From Octopus bimaculoides (Eukaryota): a DNA stretch of 61,820 nucleotides. Location of the stretch: contig NC_068986.1 of assembly GCF_001194135.2 (NCBI RefSeq), forward strand, positions 7,806,409-7,868,228, written 5' to 3'. A program made the position numbers and the translations under genes. Below, piece after piece: positions 24,721 to 38,959 of the stretch. The notes under the pieces were generated by a model. The model was not told the origin of the DNA, did not search any database, and saw only the letters and a list, made by a program, of their open reading frames with translations. Numbering within the stretch: position 1 is the first letter of the stretch; the number at the start of each line of letters is the position of its first letter.

Positions 24721-25821
24721 AGGACGCAGAGCACAATTTATATACCCACTGTAAAAGTTTCATACCCTACAACTCTGAACTTTTCGAATATAATCGCTAC
24801 AATTAAGTAAGAAACTTAATAATACTACTGATTAGTCAAACGGAAATACTGGTTTTTGAAATTCAACAGCACCAAAATATTTATGCAGGACACGGCGATT
24901 CCTGATATTTCGTCACTGCAGCATAACGTACATTGGTATTTCTTTGCTACCTGTTCATTGTAACTGCCTTCGTAATTGTAGAAATAAGGACAGATGAACT
25001 TTGGATAACAATTGTCTCCGATAGAAACATTGCCTATTACTGTACCGCCTGCATTCCTGATACAGTTTCACACTATATCTGTGCCACAGCAACAAAATTG
25101 TAGGTAAGATGGAGAAGCTGTCTTAGATTTTTTTAGTAATAAGAAATAAATACGTAGAACTTTATTGAATTGTTTGCCAAATGAAAGGTAATAATTTTTA
25201 TTCACTAATACGTTCTTGGGATTTCCCTATGACCTGGGTCACTTCTCTTCGATATTTTCGCCTCGATCTAACACTCTCTCTCCCATCGAATCTCATTACT
25301 CCTTATTCTGGATCTTTAGCTTGAGAGCTAAAAGCTTCTCGGAACCAACCCAACACAAGCACATCAAACCTAACTTATTACTGACTGTGCGATAGTAAAG
25401 AGACTTCACGTAACTTCGCCGTCGCAAACAGACAATTACCTGCATTTATAGACAGATAAATAAATGGAACCTATAGAATTATCTTGTCACGAGAAAGAAT
25501 TGTCAGTTTGCTTCTGCTTCTTTTGCACTTCTAACGCTAACTCTCCCTTCCTGAATTAACTAAACAACTTGCAACCAAATCATCCGTTTATCTATATGTA
25601 GGTGAATTCATCCAATTTGTATTTGTATTTGTTCACAAATGTTATGACTAAATGGCTATAGGTCTTTCATTAACCAATAACATATAATCGATATTACGGT
25701 ATCATTGCTCACTTCTATGTTTACAAAGATATGATTTGTCATCCATACGTTATTGAAGGAAAAACCGTGGAATAAATGAGACACCAACAATCCCATTCGT
25801 CACTTGTTCCATATATATACA

Positions 25822-25855
<34 letters not shown>

Positions 25856-26332
25856 NNNNNNNNNNNNNNNNNNNNNNNNNNNNNNNNNNNNNNNNNNNNN
25901 NNNNNNNNNNNNNNNNNNNNNNNNNNNNNNNNNNNNNNNNNNNNNNNNNNNNNNNNNNNNNNNNNNNNNNNNNNNNNNNNNNNNNNNNNNNNNNNNNNNN
26001 NNNNNNNNNNNNNNNNNNNNNNNNNNNNNNNNNNNNNNNNNNNNNNNNNNNNNNNNNNNNNNNNNNNNNNNNNNNNNNNNNNNNNNNNNNNNNNNNNNNN
26101 NNNNNNNNNNNNNNNNNNNNNNNNNNNNNNNNNNNNNNNNNNNNNNNNNNNNNNNNNNNNNNNNNNNNNNNNNNNNNNNNNNNNNNNNNNNNNNNNNNNN
26201 NNNNNNNNNNNNNNNNNNNNNNNNNNNNNNNNNNNGCATATATGTATATGTATATATATACACATATATACGTATATATAAATTTGTATATATACATATA
26301 CATACATATTTACATAATACATACAAGCATAC

Positions 26333-26376
<44 letters not shown>

Positions 26377-26425
26377 TGTGTGTGTGCGTGTGTGTGTGTG
26401 TGTGTAGAAAGAGCGCGTGCGTGCA

Positions 26426-26472
<47 letters not shown>

Positions 26473-26769
26473 GAGAGTATCTTAAAGTTCTGCTAGTTTC
26501 AGTCGTTAGTCTGAATGGGCTGCTGATCTGAAGGTCTTAGTACTTGCCTCTTATACTTTCAATCTCTTTCTGTCCAGCTGCTAGATTACATGACACAAAC
26601 AAAACTGCACCAGTTGTATTGCAGCGAGAAACACAAGCTTGCTTACGCACACATGCATACGCACGCAGACACACACACAAACACACACACTTACACATGC
26701 AGATATATGTACGCGCTTATGTTGGTATTCATAAATATGTGTGCGTATATATATATATATATTTTATTT

Positions 26770-27076
26770 ATTTATTTATTTATTTATGTGTTTCAGCCAA
26801 GTGGCTGCGGTCATGCTGGTGCACCACCGTGATTTTCACGTTCCTTGCATGGCTCTTCTCCCCCACCTGACATGGTCTAATCAAGAGTTTTGATGGCACA
26901 TCTGGTGTATAAGAGAATTTGACACAGCTGCCCTAAACTGCGTCTCATTACGAGCCATTGGTTCGTCTGGTATCGTGGAGAGGAAAGTGTCAAGTTTTGT
27001 CTTGAAGACCTCCGCATCCATGTCTTGCATGTCTCTCAAATGTTTTGGCAGGGCATTGAAGAGCTGAGGTCCTCTG
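26770..27076 (-). mobile_element. CR1-group LINE 3' end with 3' UTR and (TAAA)n tail
   Basis: RGPQLFNALPKHLRDM..VFKTKLDTFLSTIPDEP; homologous to 40015-40150. Confidence 0.88.
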
Positions 27077-27780
27077 NNNNNNNNNNNNNNNNNNNNNNNN
27101 NNNNNNNNNNNNNNNNNNNNNNNNNNNNNNNNNNNNNNNNNNNNNNNNNNNNNNNNNNNNNNNNNNNNNNNNNNNNNNNNNNNNNNNNNNNNNNNNNNNN
27201 NNNNNNNNNNNNNNNNNNNNNNNNNNNNNNNNNNNNNNNNNNNNNNNNNNNNNNNNNNNNNNNNNNNNNNNNNNNNNNNNNNNNNNNNNNNNNNNNNNNN
27301 NNNNNNNNNNNNNNNNNNNNNNNNNNNNNNNNNNNNNNNNNNNNNNNNNNNNNNNNNNNNNNNNNNNNNNNNNNNNNNNNNNNNNNNNNNNNNNNNNNNN
27401 NNNNNNNNNNNNNNNNNNNNNNNNNNNNNNNNNNNNNNNNNNNNNNNNNNNNNNNNNNNNNNNNNNNNNNNNNNNNNNNNNNNNNNNNNNNNNNNNNNNN
27501 NNNNNNNNNNNNNNNNNNNNNNNNNNNNNNNNNNNNNNNNNNNNNNNNNNNNNNNNNNNNNNNNNNNNNNNNNNNNNNNNNNNNNNNNNNNNNNNNNNNN
27601 NNNNNNNNNNNNNNNNNNNNNNNNNNNNNNNNNNNNNNNNNNNNNNNNNNNNNNNNNNNNNNNNNNNNNNNNNNNNNNNNNNNNNNNNNNNNNNNNNNNN
27701 NNNNNNNNNNNNNNNNNNNNNNNNNNNNNNNNNNNNNNNNNNNNNNNNNNNNNNNNNNNNNNNNNNNNNTATATATATAC

Positions 27781-27813
<33 letters not shown>

Positions 27814-28467
27814 CATACACACATACATACCTACGTACATACATACATACATACATGCATACGTATATACATACATACATACATGCCTATATACTTACAT
27901 ACATACATACATACATACATGCATACATACATGCATACATACATACATATCCAATTAAATTAAATACAGTATATGTATAATGCAGACGTTGAATGACTTT
28001 CATACTAACATTTATTTGCATATGGCTCATAATTTATTGATTACTGAAAATTATTAATACAACAGCAGAATAACCGCATTTACTACAACATGACATTTTT
28101 CTAAAAATTAATCATATATTTGTGCATTTATTGAACGTTTGCACAGGTTGTTCTGTGTGTTCACTAATTTGATTAATAATTCATATTAACTAGCGTTTTA
28201 ATAGTTACATGGGAATTGTTAGATATTTGCTTTGGCAAACACAACCATCCAATAATGATTATGGAATAGTATATAAGAATTACTTTTTATAAACGATTGA
28301 AAGCAAAAATATTTCTAATGCAATTTCCAATCATACTTTAATTGAACAAGACTGATCGATTAAATAAATCACTGACGATGTGAATTGGATGTCTGAGAGA
28401 ATAATACTAATCCATAACTTATCAACTGTGAATGGAAACGCTAGAAATACTATAGACATACGTGTGC

Positions 28468-28498
<31 letters not shown>

Positions 28499-28584
28499 TT
28501 TAAGGAAAAATGTAAAGATCGAGAAGGTGAATGACAAGGACCTTTTTGTGTGCACAGTCTGTGACAGACCATGTNNNNNNNNNN

Positions 28585-28720
28585 AAAGTTTTGCAGACTT
28601 TTACAGTTTCAGCGATGGCTTGGATCTGTAGCCTTCATGTATGTATGTATGTATGTATGTATGTATGTACGTGTGTGTATTTATGTATGTATGTATGTAT
28701 GTATGTATGTACCCACGTAC

Positions 28721-28751
<31 letters not shown>

Positions 28752-29176
28752 TGTATGTATGCATNNNNNNNNNNTGTGTAAGGAGTAGACAACCACCATG
28801 TATGTATGTATGTATGTATGTTATTATCCAGCTTTATTTCAAGACTTCTTGCCAGTAGTGAAAGAATCAGATTCTAACCGATATCCAAGGCTCCTTCACT
28901 GCAATTTCAACAACATCAATAGGGTATTTTTGAATATATGTATATATACAGATTTATATGTTTTGTTTTATGTTTGTATTCTCATCCATATCGTTGCATG
29001 TCTAGACATGTTCATATATACTTAAATAATAGACTTCTGAAAAGTTTTGCAGACTTTTACAGTTTCAGCGATGGCTTGGATCTGTAGCCTTCATGTATGT
29101 ATGTATGTATGTATGTATGTATGTACGTGTGTGTATTTATGTATGTATGTATGTATGTATGTATGTACCCACGTAC

Positions 29177-29207
<31 letters not shown>

Positions 29208-29220
29208 TGTATGTATGCAT
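28585..29220. repeat. Identical ~180-bp duplication bounded by 10-N gaps (28585-28764 = 29041-29220)
   Basis: Offset 456. Confidence 0.9.
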
Positions 29221-30067
29221 GTATGCATGTATGCATAGCTGCGTTGCCTGCTGCTTAACTCAAAAATATTAAGAATACCAGCAGAAACAAAGCTCCACGT
29301 CCTTGGCGGTTTTCTGCTAGTTTAGTTCATGCTTGCTTGTCTGAAACTGCCGTGATGTGAAACTAAATCCTGGGGCTCTGATTTTCCTGCAACCCAGAGA
29401 ATCCAGTGTCAAGGCCTTATTATGTGAACCTATATTTTTTCATGAAGCTGTTTCTTCTATGGGCAGTATCTAAATGCCAAGAATATTTGACGAAGGAGGG
29501 TGCAATTTATGCAGTTTTACTTCCCCTCAAATCGACTCGATTTTAATTCAGCTAGCAATCTGTCAGCTTTGTACTGTGAACAAATATTGTCGGGTAGATT
29601 CCGTGCATTATCTGAATGTATGACAAAGTGGACAGCCTGTTCTTGAAAGTCATAGAAATTATCATTCATTTCTATTCCTTTTCCCGACTTGTTCTTAGTT
29701 TGAATCTTTTTCCTTCGTTTATTATCCTGCTGTACATATTCAGTTTGGCCTCTCACCACCCTATTTGCACATGAGATACATCCCGACTATTTGAGGATGA
29801 TTATCAATTGGCGCCTGAATAGTCAGACAGTGAAAGCTGGTTCGAAGCATTGTTTTGAAGTAGATTATAATCTTTGTGAGTTGCCTTAGCCAGTCTTCCA
29901 TCGTATGTAACAGAAACAGAATGTGTTTCAGTTATTTCACTGATTCACTTCATCTTCCTTTACTGTTTTGCCATTGTTGCTAACGTTCTGTTTTAGTCGC
30001 ATATTTTAGCTTGGACAACCCTTGATGAATTCAAAAAGTTTAATGAGGAAACAAATAGCACGGTATA

Positions 30068-30871
30068 TACGACATGCATTCCAGACGGTTTGAAACGCTT
30101 TTAAGCAGAGGCAATTATAACTATCACAGAGTAATTTTATTACATCACTAATATATATGTAATAAGATGACTTGCCGACTTGTTTTCATTTCCATTTGAA
30201 GGAGACAGCTGTAACATCACTTTGAACACACACTACTAAACATTGTTTGTCACAATTGACTCGTTTGCAGAATGCAGTCAGGGCGTCAAGTAAAGGTTTT
30301 TGTGTTAAATTGGGTCAAAACGCGACAAACTGAAAAGCTCTAGACTGCTGATAGATTAACTGGTATGAACCGAGCATCTGTTTTTCACTGACAAGAAGCC
30401 AGTCAAAGTAAGTCCATCAAGAAGCACATAATGCTCCCCTTTATCGAAAACAAGGGCATCATCTACATCCACCGGGTTCCTGCTGATTATATGTTCAACA
30501 AACAGTACATTGTGAAGGTTTTGAGGCAGTTCAGATAGAGATTTTGTTGCAAAATCTAGAGCTCTTCCACGCGGCTCGGTGGGACCTGCACCAGTACAAT
30601 GCACCAATCCACAATTCCATCCTAGTAACCAACTATTTGATAGAGATGAGCATCAAGACAATCCAGACCTTGCTCTCTGTGACTTTAGGTGGTTCTCCAA
30701 ACCGAAGATTGGGGTTGTGACAAGGGTCCTAAATACTGCCCTTTTATGGGACTACAACGAGTGCACCGAAGTTAGAGGTTCCTAAGTTGAAGATTTGTGT
30801 TTTTTACTTCTTTAAAATTCATAAATGTCTCTCCTGTAAAAAATCTCAAAGCTTCTGGAATGCATCTTGGA
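30068..30871 (+). mobile_element. Internally deleted mariner element with residual TIRs and TA flanks
   Basis: ATGCATTCCAGA (30074-30085) is inverted at 30854-30865, with TA at 30066-67 and 30872-73. Coding remnants KGIIYIHRVP, LHQYNAP, PDLALCDF. Confidence 0.85.
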
Positions 30872-31182
30872 TATTGTACTATTGTATTGTAATAAATATG
30901 TTAAACGAAATCAATATATTACGTAGCAATAAACACAAATACTACATAGGCATAAAAATAAAAATTAAGACTTCCATTACTCAGTGGACCAAAGACTCCA
31001 CATTTGTGTAAAATGGAATGAGACTTGAAATGAACAATTTCTGTCTAATTTTGAAATGATAAATAGATATAATGTACAAATGTCACAACTATATTGAAAG
31101 TATCTTTAAAAAAAACTTCATAATCATCCATTATTAATGAAAACAATTGAATAATTGAATAGAGGCGTTATGGAAACGGAGA

Positions 31183-31249
<67 letters not shown>

Positions 31250-32449
31250 CGTTTCAAGGAAAGGAAGAGAAAGCAATAGAATGTGCGGAGAAAGACAAAA
31301 AGCATTAAATGACATAAGTAAAGACGTACAGATAAAGATTTATGAGCGTTCGTAGTTTCTGTGTATAATGGACCCGCATACTTTTGAATGTGCAAAGAAG
31401 AATGTATCAACCAACTTCGAATCATTGCACAGAGGAGTATAAATGAAGTTTTTTGATTTTACACCACCCCCATCCGTTCTCAATAGAATAATTCCTGTGT
31501 TATCCATTCGATTTGCTCTCGATCTATTTTCCATTCATCTAATCTCTTTTTCACGTTTTTCCTTCTCTTTCTTTCTCCTTCTCTCACCATGTTTCTCTGT
31601 CATATTATTTCTTCTCTCACATGTACTCACACGTTGTTTTGCGTTCAGTCGCTCTGATACGCCGGATGTAAAACGATTCCTTTTCCATTTTTGCCGTTTA
31701 ATCTGCACCCTACAAAAAACTCCTGGTCCAAAACGTAGGGAACTTCACTTACCAATGAATATATGCTAAAACCTTGTTACATATTCTTGGAGCAGACCAC
31801 CATCTCTCTCTTTAGATCTTGTTTTATCCTGCATGTGTAGGGGGATGGGGAGGGGTTGTGTGTGCATGCCTGAGCGTCTATGTTTGTGTGTATATGTATT
31901 AATATATATATCCAAATATAGATAAATATAACTCAATGCATTTAGATAAATAAAATATATGTATAAAAGTCTTCTTTTTCGAATGAATGTAAAGGGAAGA
32001 AAACAAGATGGACATTTACAAAAAAATATTACGAACTGAATTGTAGATCACAGTCCAAAACTACCAATTAGGAAAGGAGATAATGAAATAAATAAAACTG
32101 AATGTCAAGACCAAGATGCCACTCCTATTTGACTGGAGGTTCTCGTGATATCCAACATCTACCAGCTTCGAGTAATTTAACAGGCAAAGGATTAACACCA
32201 TTGAAATATATTACAAAATATTGGCCTGTCTTACAACTGCTGTAATTACTTCAAATGTATGTATTACGTCCAAAAGAATAATGGTGCTCTATAAGAGACA
32301 ACATAATACCACGATTTTCGTAAAAATTCTTCCTAAAACTTTATTGTTCACAGTCGATTTACATAACCCATTACCACCTTCATTTATTTTCACCGTCTTC
32401 TTTATTAGTTATGCCTTCAGAGAGGAACTTGTATAGAGTAGGCGCATAT

Positions 32450-33250
32450 AATGATGAAACCAGAAGTCGATTTGTAATGGTGTACTATTTTTCTTTTCAT
32501 TCCCAACAGCAAAATAGGTTGGTTCTATGATTAATTGAATGCTATGTCTATTTTTCACACCACAGTCTTTCAAAATATACAGATGCATAAACTTTTGTAC
32601 GCTTTCTTAGACACAAAATTTCACACACACCAATATGTCCCTAATATACAACTTTCTTGTAATGAAATTTTTTGAACTTGATTGTTTTCCTTCGATGTTC
32701 GTATTAATTTCCAAATATATTCTGGTTGAAATATTTTAGATTCCAAATATTAACCCGGAATCATTTTAAAATCTTTGCAAGAGAATTTTTTTTTCAGCTG
32801 TGATATGATTTTCTTCATTCATATATTTCTCCTACAAGTTGATGTCAAATGTATTGTCAATGAAACCGTTTTCTATGCGAGAGTTGATAAAAATCATTAA
32901 TTCGTTGTCATAATTATAAATTTCGAGCAAAGACTACTTGTATATTTGAAACAGTCTTCCCAGAAGATCTAGTTTGGTATACAGTGAACTGCTGGTTTTC
33001 CTTTTAGGTTATGAATCTTATAAAACTCATAATTATATGTTGCAAAGTACTGACAGTTTCTCATATTCCAGTTTCGTTATCTTTACCACTAGCAATTCCA
33101 TTATCTCCTAGGTATTGCACGAGATAAATATCTGCTGAATATATTCTTAATGCGTATTATCATTTATTTTCAATTAGTGTTTTGCGACGTGTTCGATACT
33201 TTCCAGGATGGCAACGGTTGCTATGTTCCCACTATCTTGAAATTTCGTCT
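32450..33250 (-). mobile_element. Possible very old PLE reverse transcriptase remnant
   Basis: Weak motif echoes only: DSGNIATVAI (DKGNxTV), FYKIHN (KIHK), TFDIN (FDI). Confidence 0.25.
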
Positions 33251-33479
33251 GCTCCCTAAAGAGTGTTTAAAGAATAATTGTATCTATTAGTATATGACAT
33301 TACACCTTATCTATGTACTGGATGTCATATGCCCTGCGAAAATACTGCTGCTCTGAGATATTTCTTTGATTATTGTTTGTTGAATGCAAACGAAATTTGT
33401 TACTCGAATAAAATAGGCTTGTTCAATATTCCAATGTGAAATTTCTGATTTCTGTAACTTTTTCGGTTACTTCAAACTG

Positions 33480-34480
33480 AAAAGTCTGGCGCTGAGAATT
33501 CTTTCAAATATTGCGTACCAGAACTTGCTCTTATGCTCAGCGAACTCTTTATATATTTTTTATACTTCCTGCAAGGAAATTCCCTCCTATTCGGATTCAA
33601 GCTGTAGTGCGCCGCATTCTCAAGAAGGACATTCCTTTTGACCTTTCTAACCATCGCCTTATTGCTCTCGCTTTCGGTATCTCTAAGGTAGTGCTGACAG
33701 TCGTTAACCACGATGTTCTACACCTTGGATTTCTCTAGTGTTCTCTCTCTCTCTCTTTCTCTCTCTTCCCCTCTCTTTCTCTCTGTCTCTCTTTTTCACT
33801 CACTCTCTCTCTCTCTTCCCCTAAATGACCACCAATACAATTTCCATATACAACTTTTCATTCTTCCCAACGTGCCCCAACTAAGCACTATTCACATATC
33901 AAACCACAAAGCCAACACTGTCATAATGAATGCAGAGCATGAAGGTATCCCCGAATATATCCACACCGTTCTTGTATCTTAAAGAAAACAAACTGAAGCT
34001 CTACTCGCAGCAAGAAAATACTGCCTCGCCCGCCGATTTAAACATGAACAGGGATGAACTACAGTCGTCACGCTCATTCTATATGATAAACCTCCCTGCC
34101 ACAAATGATTTCTCCTGGCAAAAGCATATCCTTGTCTTAGCTGGCATCGCCTCTCAAAGAATGAGAGCTAGAATAAAATTCTGCTTCCTACAATTATTGA
34201 CGGTCCACAAAGTCGAAGCGAGACCCACGTTGGAGTACTGCACCAGTGTCTGAGACAATGCTGAAGCTACAAAGACAAAGAGCCTAGATCGTATCCGGAC
34301 AAAGGCCACTTTTCTCGTCGCCATAAAACCACACACAATCTGTGGCCATACAAGTCTGATACATTTTCTCTCTTTCTGTCTCTCTTTTTCTACAGCAACT
34401 ATAATGGCCTCTGTTCCTTTGCATTGGCTGGTCTTTTACCTCCTATATTCATAACCTTCTGTTCCTCACAACTCACCACC
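33480..34480 (+). mobile_element. Degenerate CR1/Jockey-group LINE RT with internal deletion and (CT)n insert
   Basis: CVPELALMLSELF, LKK..DLSNHRLIAL..ISKV, WQKHI..ASQR, RPTLEYC..LDRI. Confidence 0.75.
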
Positions 34481-34729
34481 TCCTATCATTTGTTATTTTC
34501 TCTTCTCCAGGTACTTGTCTAACAATTATCTGTAGTCGTTCCATCTAGGTGTATGAAGTTAGTAAGCTCCGAGCGGTCTGTAGAATGTATAAAAAACAAC
34601 TTTCAGGTACAATAATGGTTTATTGACGTCGAAAGTTGTGAGTCTTTCCCATTGCGAAGTTCGATAAGCTGAAAAAAGTTATTCTCTAGTTCATGGTTAG
34701 CAACTAGGGTTGCTATGTATGCTAATAAA

Positions 34730-36180
34730 AATTTAAATTGAAGGAACAGAGCAGGTAAAATCCAAGCTACATATGTTTCCTAACAAGAACATCGGAAACA
34801 GTAATTACTCAACGCGGAACATTCCACTCATCAAGCCGAAGATACCTTAGTTAAATGAAGGTTACATTGTTGTCAAGGGGTTCCAACTGATCTCGCAAGA
34901 GATTCGATCGAAAATGAGAGGAAAGCACAGAGTGAGAGAACAAAAAGGAAAAAAAAAACATATGTATGAAGAAATAGGATATGGGAGTGGACAAATAAAG
35001 AAAACGAGAGGGAGAAGAGGGTGAAATTTTGGTTAGACTGAAGACGACTGCTGGAAGGACTTTGTGAGTATAAGGCTGGTGTCATTTACTATGTCAGTTG
35101 TAAATAGATAAATAGATAAATATACATTTAAAGGTAAAATTGAAAGAGAAAATTTAGGAGTTGTATTAAGGTGAATTTGTTAGGAGAGAGAGAGAGGGGG
35201 GAGGTGGGAGGTAAAGTTTCTGTTCAATAGGGAACACAGCAGTTATTGGTGGTTTACCACTTAACAATAAAACTATAGATACGCATATTCGCGCGCGCTA
35301 ACTTTCTCTGTGCGCGAGCAGTATTCCATAGGTGTGCACACGCGTGTGCGTGCCTGGATATTCTGATGTGCAGAGAAAAAACTGTAGGGAGATTACGAGG
35401 TTAAGAAAAATATAAAGGCAATCAAAACAGTTGTCTATAATAAATGCGTAGAAGAGCTGCAAGTGGAGGAATAGTTAGGGAATAATAGTGGGGGTGCTCG
35501 TTCCATTCATTCAAACGATTGGTGGATGGCATAACAGAAACGATTTCCATGATGCATAAATCGAATTTGTCGTTATAACCATTATACGGTTTGGCATTAG
35601 TAACCATTTTAAATTATATGAAATTGAGGTTTGTTTTGGGTTGTGAATTAGCGAGATAAAGAAATGCTATTAGTTCTTGCCTGGCATTTGAAGTTAGAAT
35701 AGTGTTTACCAAAATCTGGCTTTGAAGGTGGTGCTTCACGAGCCGATGTATATATAACTGGAATTCTCTGTTAGTACCGAGCATTTGTATACAATATTTT
35801 TTGTGAGGCATCTGTTATCTAATGGAAGTGGGGTGTCTACAGCTGCATACGATTCTAGAAGGTCTAAAGCGAAATTTACGGAGTTATGATTATCTAGGGT
35901 AAACCTAGTATTATATTCATTATCCGCGGCGGCGTTAGGACTGGTATTTTTTAGTGTAGTGAGGGAGTCGCTTGGGTGATGTAGCTTATAATAGTTCTCG
36001 TGTCTAATGATATTATTCCTATCATTGCCTAACCTTCATTTAACTAAGGTATCTTCAGCCTGATCTGTAGGTAGCTGAGTGTCCCTCGTTAAGTAGTTAT
36101 TACTTCCGATGTTCTCCTTGCTAGGAAACATTTGTAACACGGATTTTACTAGCTCTGTTCCCTCAATTTGGATTTTTTGT
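34730..36180 (-). mobile_element. Neptune-type PLE GIY-YIG remnant (35440-35900) between ~140-bp inverted arms (34730-34870, 36030-36180)
   Basis: CSCR..PLDNRCLTKNIVYKCSVLTENSSYIYIGS*STTFKARF, then AKPYNGYNDKFDLCIME..LNEWNE. Arms share GAAGATACCTTAGTTAAATGAAGGTTA. Confidence 0.8.
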
Positions 36181-36182
36181 AC

Positions 36183-36232
<50 letters not shown>

Positions 36233-36272
36233 ATATATATGCATACATATACATATACTTATACATACATAT

Positions 36273-36305
<33 letters not shown>

Positions 36306-38959
36306 GCATGTATCTGTGCAGCTACATTTATGTGTGAGGGCATGTGCAAACACACATACATACGTAATAAATATGTGATCACATGACTTGTGTGTCTCTC
36401 TCTCGAGGTTAATGCTGAAATTGAAAATAGTTCTAAAACGCAATTCAATGACTGAATAATTAGTCAATTATACTTGGAAGTTAAATGCATTTAAAAAAAA
36501 TGTTTACAAGATTATATAGTATGCATTCTATTGTTTCAAAGTATTGCAATATTCAGTATGTATGTGTATATATGTGAGTGCATATATGTGTGTGTATTTA
36601 TGTGTGTGTGTGTGTGTGTGTGCGTGTATGTGTGTTTGTGTGTACATAAGTTATCATTGCAATTCTAAACATCATCACATACACAAATGTATTACATACT
36701 TCTATATGTGTGAGTTAGACCTCTTGACTATCTTAATAATTCCAGCCGCTTTGAACGTTTATGAATTGGCATTAGAATAGCTTATGTAGTGAATGAGGAA
36801 AATTCCAGCCTTGCTGTGTCAATGTCTTATCCAATATATTGGAGATATTTTCATTTCTGTCTTAGATAACATGTCATTTCTATTCCCAGATTATTGTTTA
36901 TATTACTCAATGGAGCTAAATATATGTTACTGCCATTATTGCCATACATATGCACGAATAAACCTCTTTCCTATTACCTTTCTGCTATCTTAATAATTTG
37001 TCATTCACTTTCTTTGCCAAATAAATAAAGGTTTCCCAGATAAAAATGGTTTGGAGGAAAACTGCTTGGTTTATACTTACTGTGTTCTTTGATCTTTAAG
37101 TGAATATGTGAAATTATATCTTTATTCTCCAGATGCCGTCACTATGTCAACTGTAATATGTATGAAAACATTTTATGCTCTGCAAACATTTACAGTTCAA
37201 CGTGGGAGAGATTTAGATTCGTGTCACTCCTCATTACATTTACTTTTACGCTGATCATAGATTTTCTTTCAAACCACATTTATCGAATTCCATACTATAA
37301 ATGATTGATTTTTCTTCGAACTTTTTGCTGACCCTTTATAAATGAAGATTCTATGAACTTCTAAAATCAATATTCCTCATAACAACATTTTGAAACTCTG
37401 TAATATATATTTGCCATTTAGAATATTCAGTAAGAATAAATATAATTTTCTGTGTTATTTCCTGGAATTTATCCAAGCTCAAATAAACGCATTCTTGTTT
37501 CCAAACACATTTCTTCTAAAGACAGAAGGAAAAAAAAAAAACAGTAATATTTTGTGGTAAATTATTTTCATTATCATTTGACTTCAAATTCAATATCACA
37601 CACGAGATTTTTTTTTCCTAATTTCTGCAAGTATATCTCATCGTTTGAAACATAGAGTTTTGTATGACAAGACGTTTATCATTTCTATAGCTATCAAATT
37701 CAAGATGAATCATTCTAATAGTTTTGTATCACGTTTCAGAAAAGTCAAAGAAGAGTTTGCATAAATCTTATAAGCTATGCATTATGTTTATGACACCTCT
37801 ATTCCTAATAACACTTAGTCAAATGCATTTGAAATTCTCAAAGGATTATTAATAGACATTTTTTATTAGCGTCTTTTATTGATTAATAGTTGACATAAGG
37901 AAGGAAGTGCCACGATTTTACTTTGTAAAACCTTTTTAAAGGCAACCATATTTCATATATGCATTCACAAAATATAAAGTATAAACAAAAATAATGTCAT
38001 CAATATAATAGTTTTTTTCACATTCTTATGTAGGCAACAAAACAACAAATTATAGAAGCTGATTGTGAATGTTTGACGTTTAGAGCTTTCTCTCGAGGTT
38101 CATGTTGTAACTAAAAGTAGTGTCAAGCGTATTTCAATGTCAGATGATTTTTATTTGGAAGATAAATGTTGTGTTAAATGCATTTTGGGGAAAATTTTTT
38201 ATAGGATTAAATTATAAATTCTATTGTCTTAAATCTATATGCTTTCAACAGATCATATTTTTACATTCATATATGTTTACATGAATGAATACGGATTGTT
38301 TTCTTTTTATTTGTGAGAAATAACCAAGCTTTATTCAGAATAAGACATTCCGGAAATTCCTCAATCCTTAACAGTTTTTACCTGTGTCATTCCTCCAAAC
38401 AAACAAACAAGGAAACAAACAATCTAACAAACAAACGAGCAAACAAACAAAGTATCTTCTAGAATTTATAGCAAAAGTGTATAATATTCATGTTTTCTTA
38501 TTAAATTTAGCAGAGAACAGAAATGACAAAACAATATCAAGCGACAAATTTGATCAAATTAATAAAATATAATTCCTTTCTGCATAAATCAACATTCAAA
38601 TGAAACCAATCGATCGAACCAATTCAGAGCAGAATATGTTTATCGTATTTAGTTTTTAATTTAAAATTTACCTGAAGCGATTTAGCTTTGTTCGTTCATG
38701 TTAATGTTACATTAGTAATACTATTTCTACCCTAATAATGCTGTTCTTAAGACTCCTGCTTCAATACACAGCATTGTACCCACGAAGAATATACATATAT
38801 TACCTAACTAATGACTGCTTCTTTCTCGGCCAGCAAATACACACAGAATATCACATGGTAGAGGTCTAGTAAAATATTTTTTTCATTCACCATCGCAGAA
38901 TACCAATAAAGAGAAACAAATGGGTCATAGGATTATTACGACAGTCATAAATACAAAGT

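Noticed and set aside
25060-25112. Micro-exon ending at AG|GTAAGA
   Set aside because: A good donor alone is not evidence; the peptide is not recognisable.
28380-28574. KDLFVCTVCDRPC as a C2H2 zinc-finger gene exon
   Set aside because: Truncated by a gap and interrupted by a microsatellite. It fits an RTE C-terminal finger equally well, so neither call is supportable.
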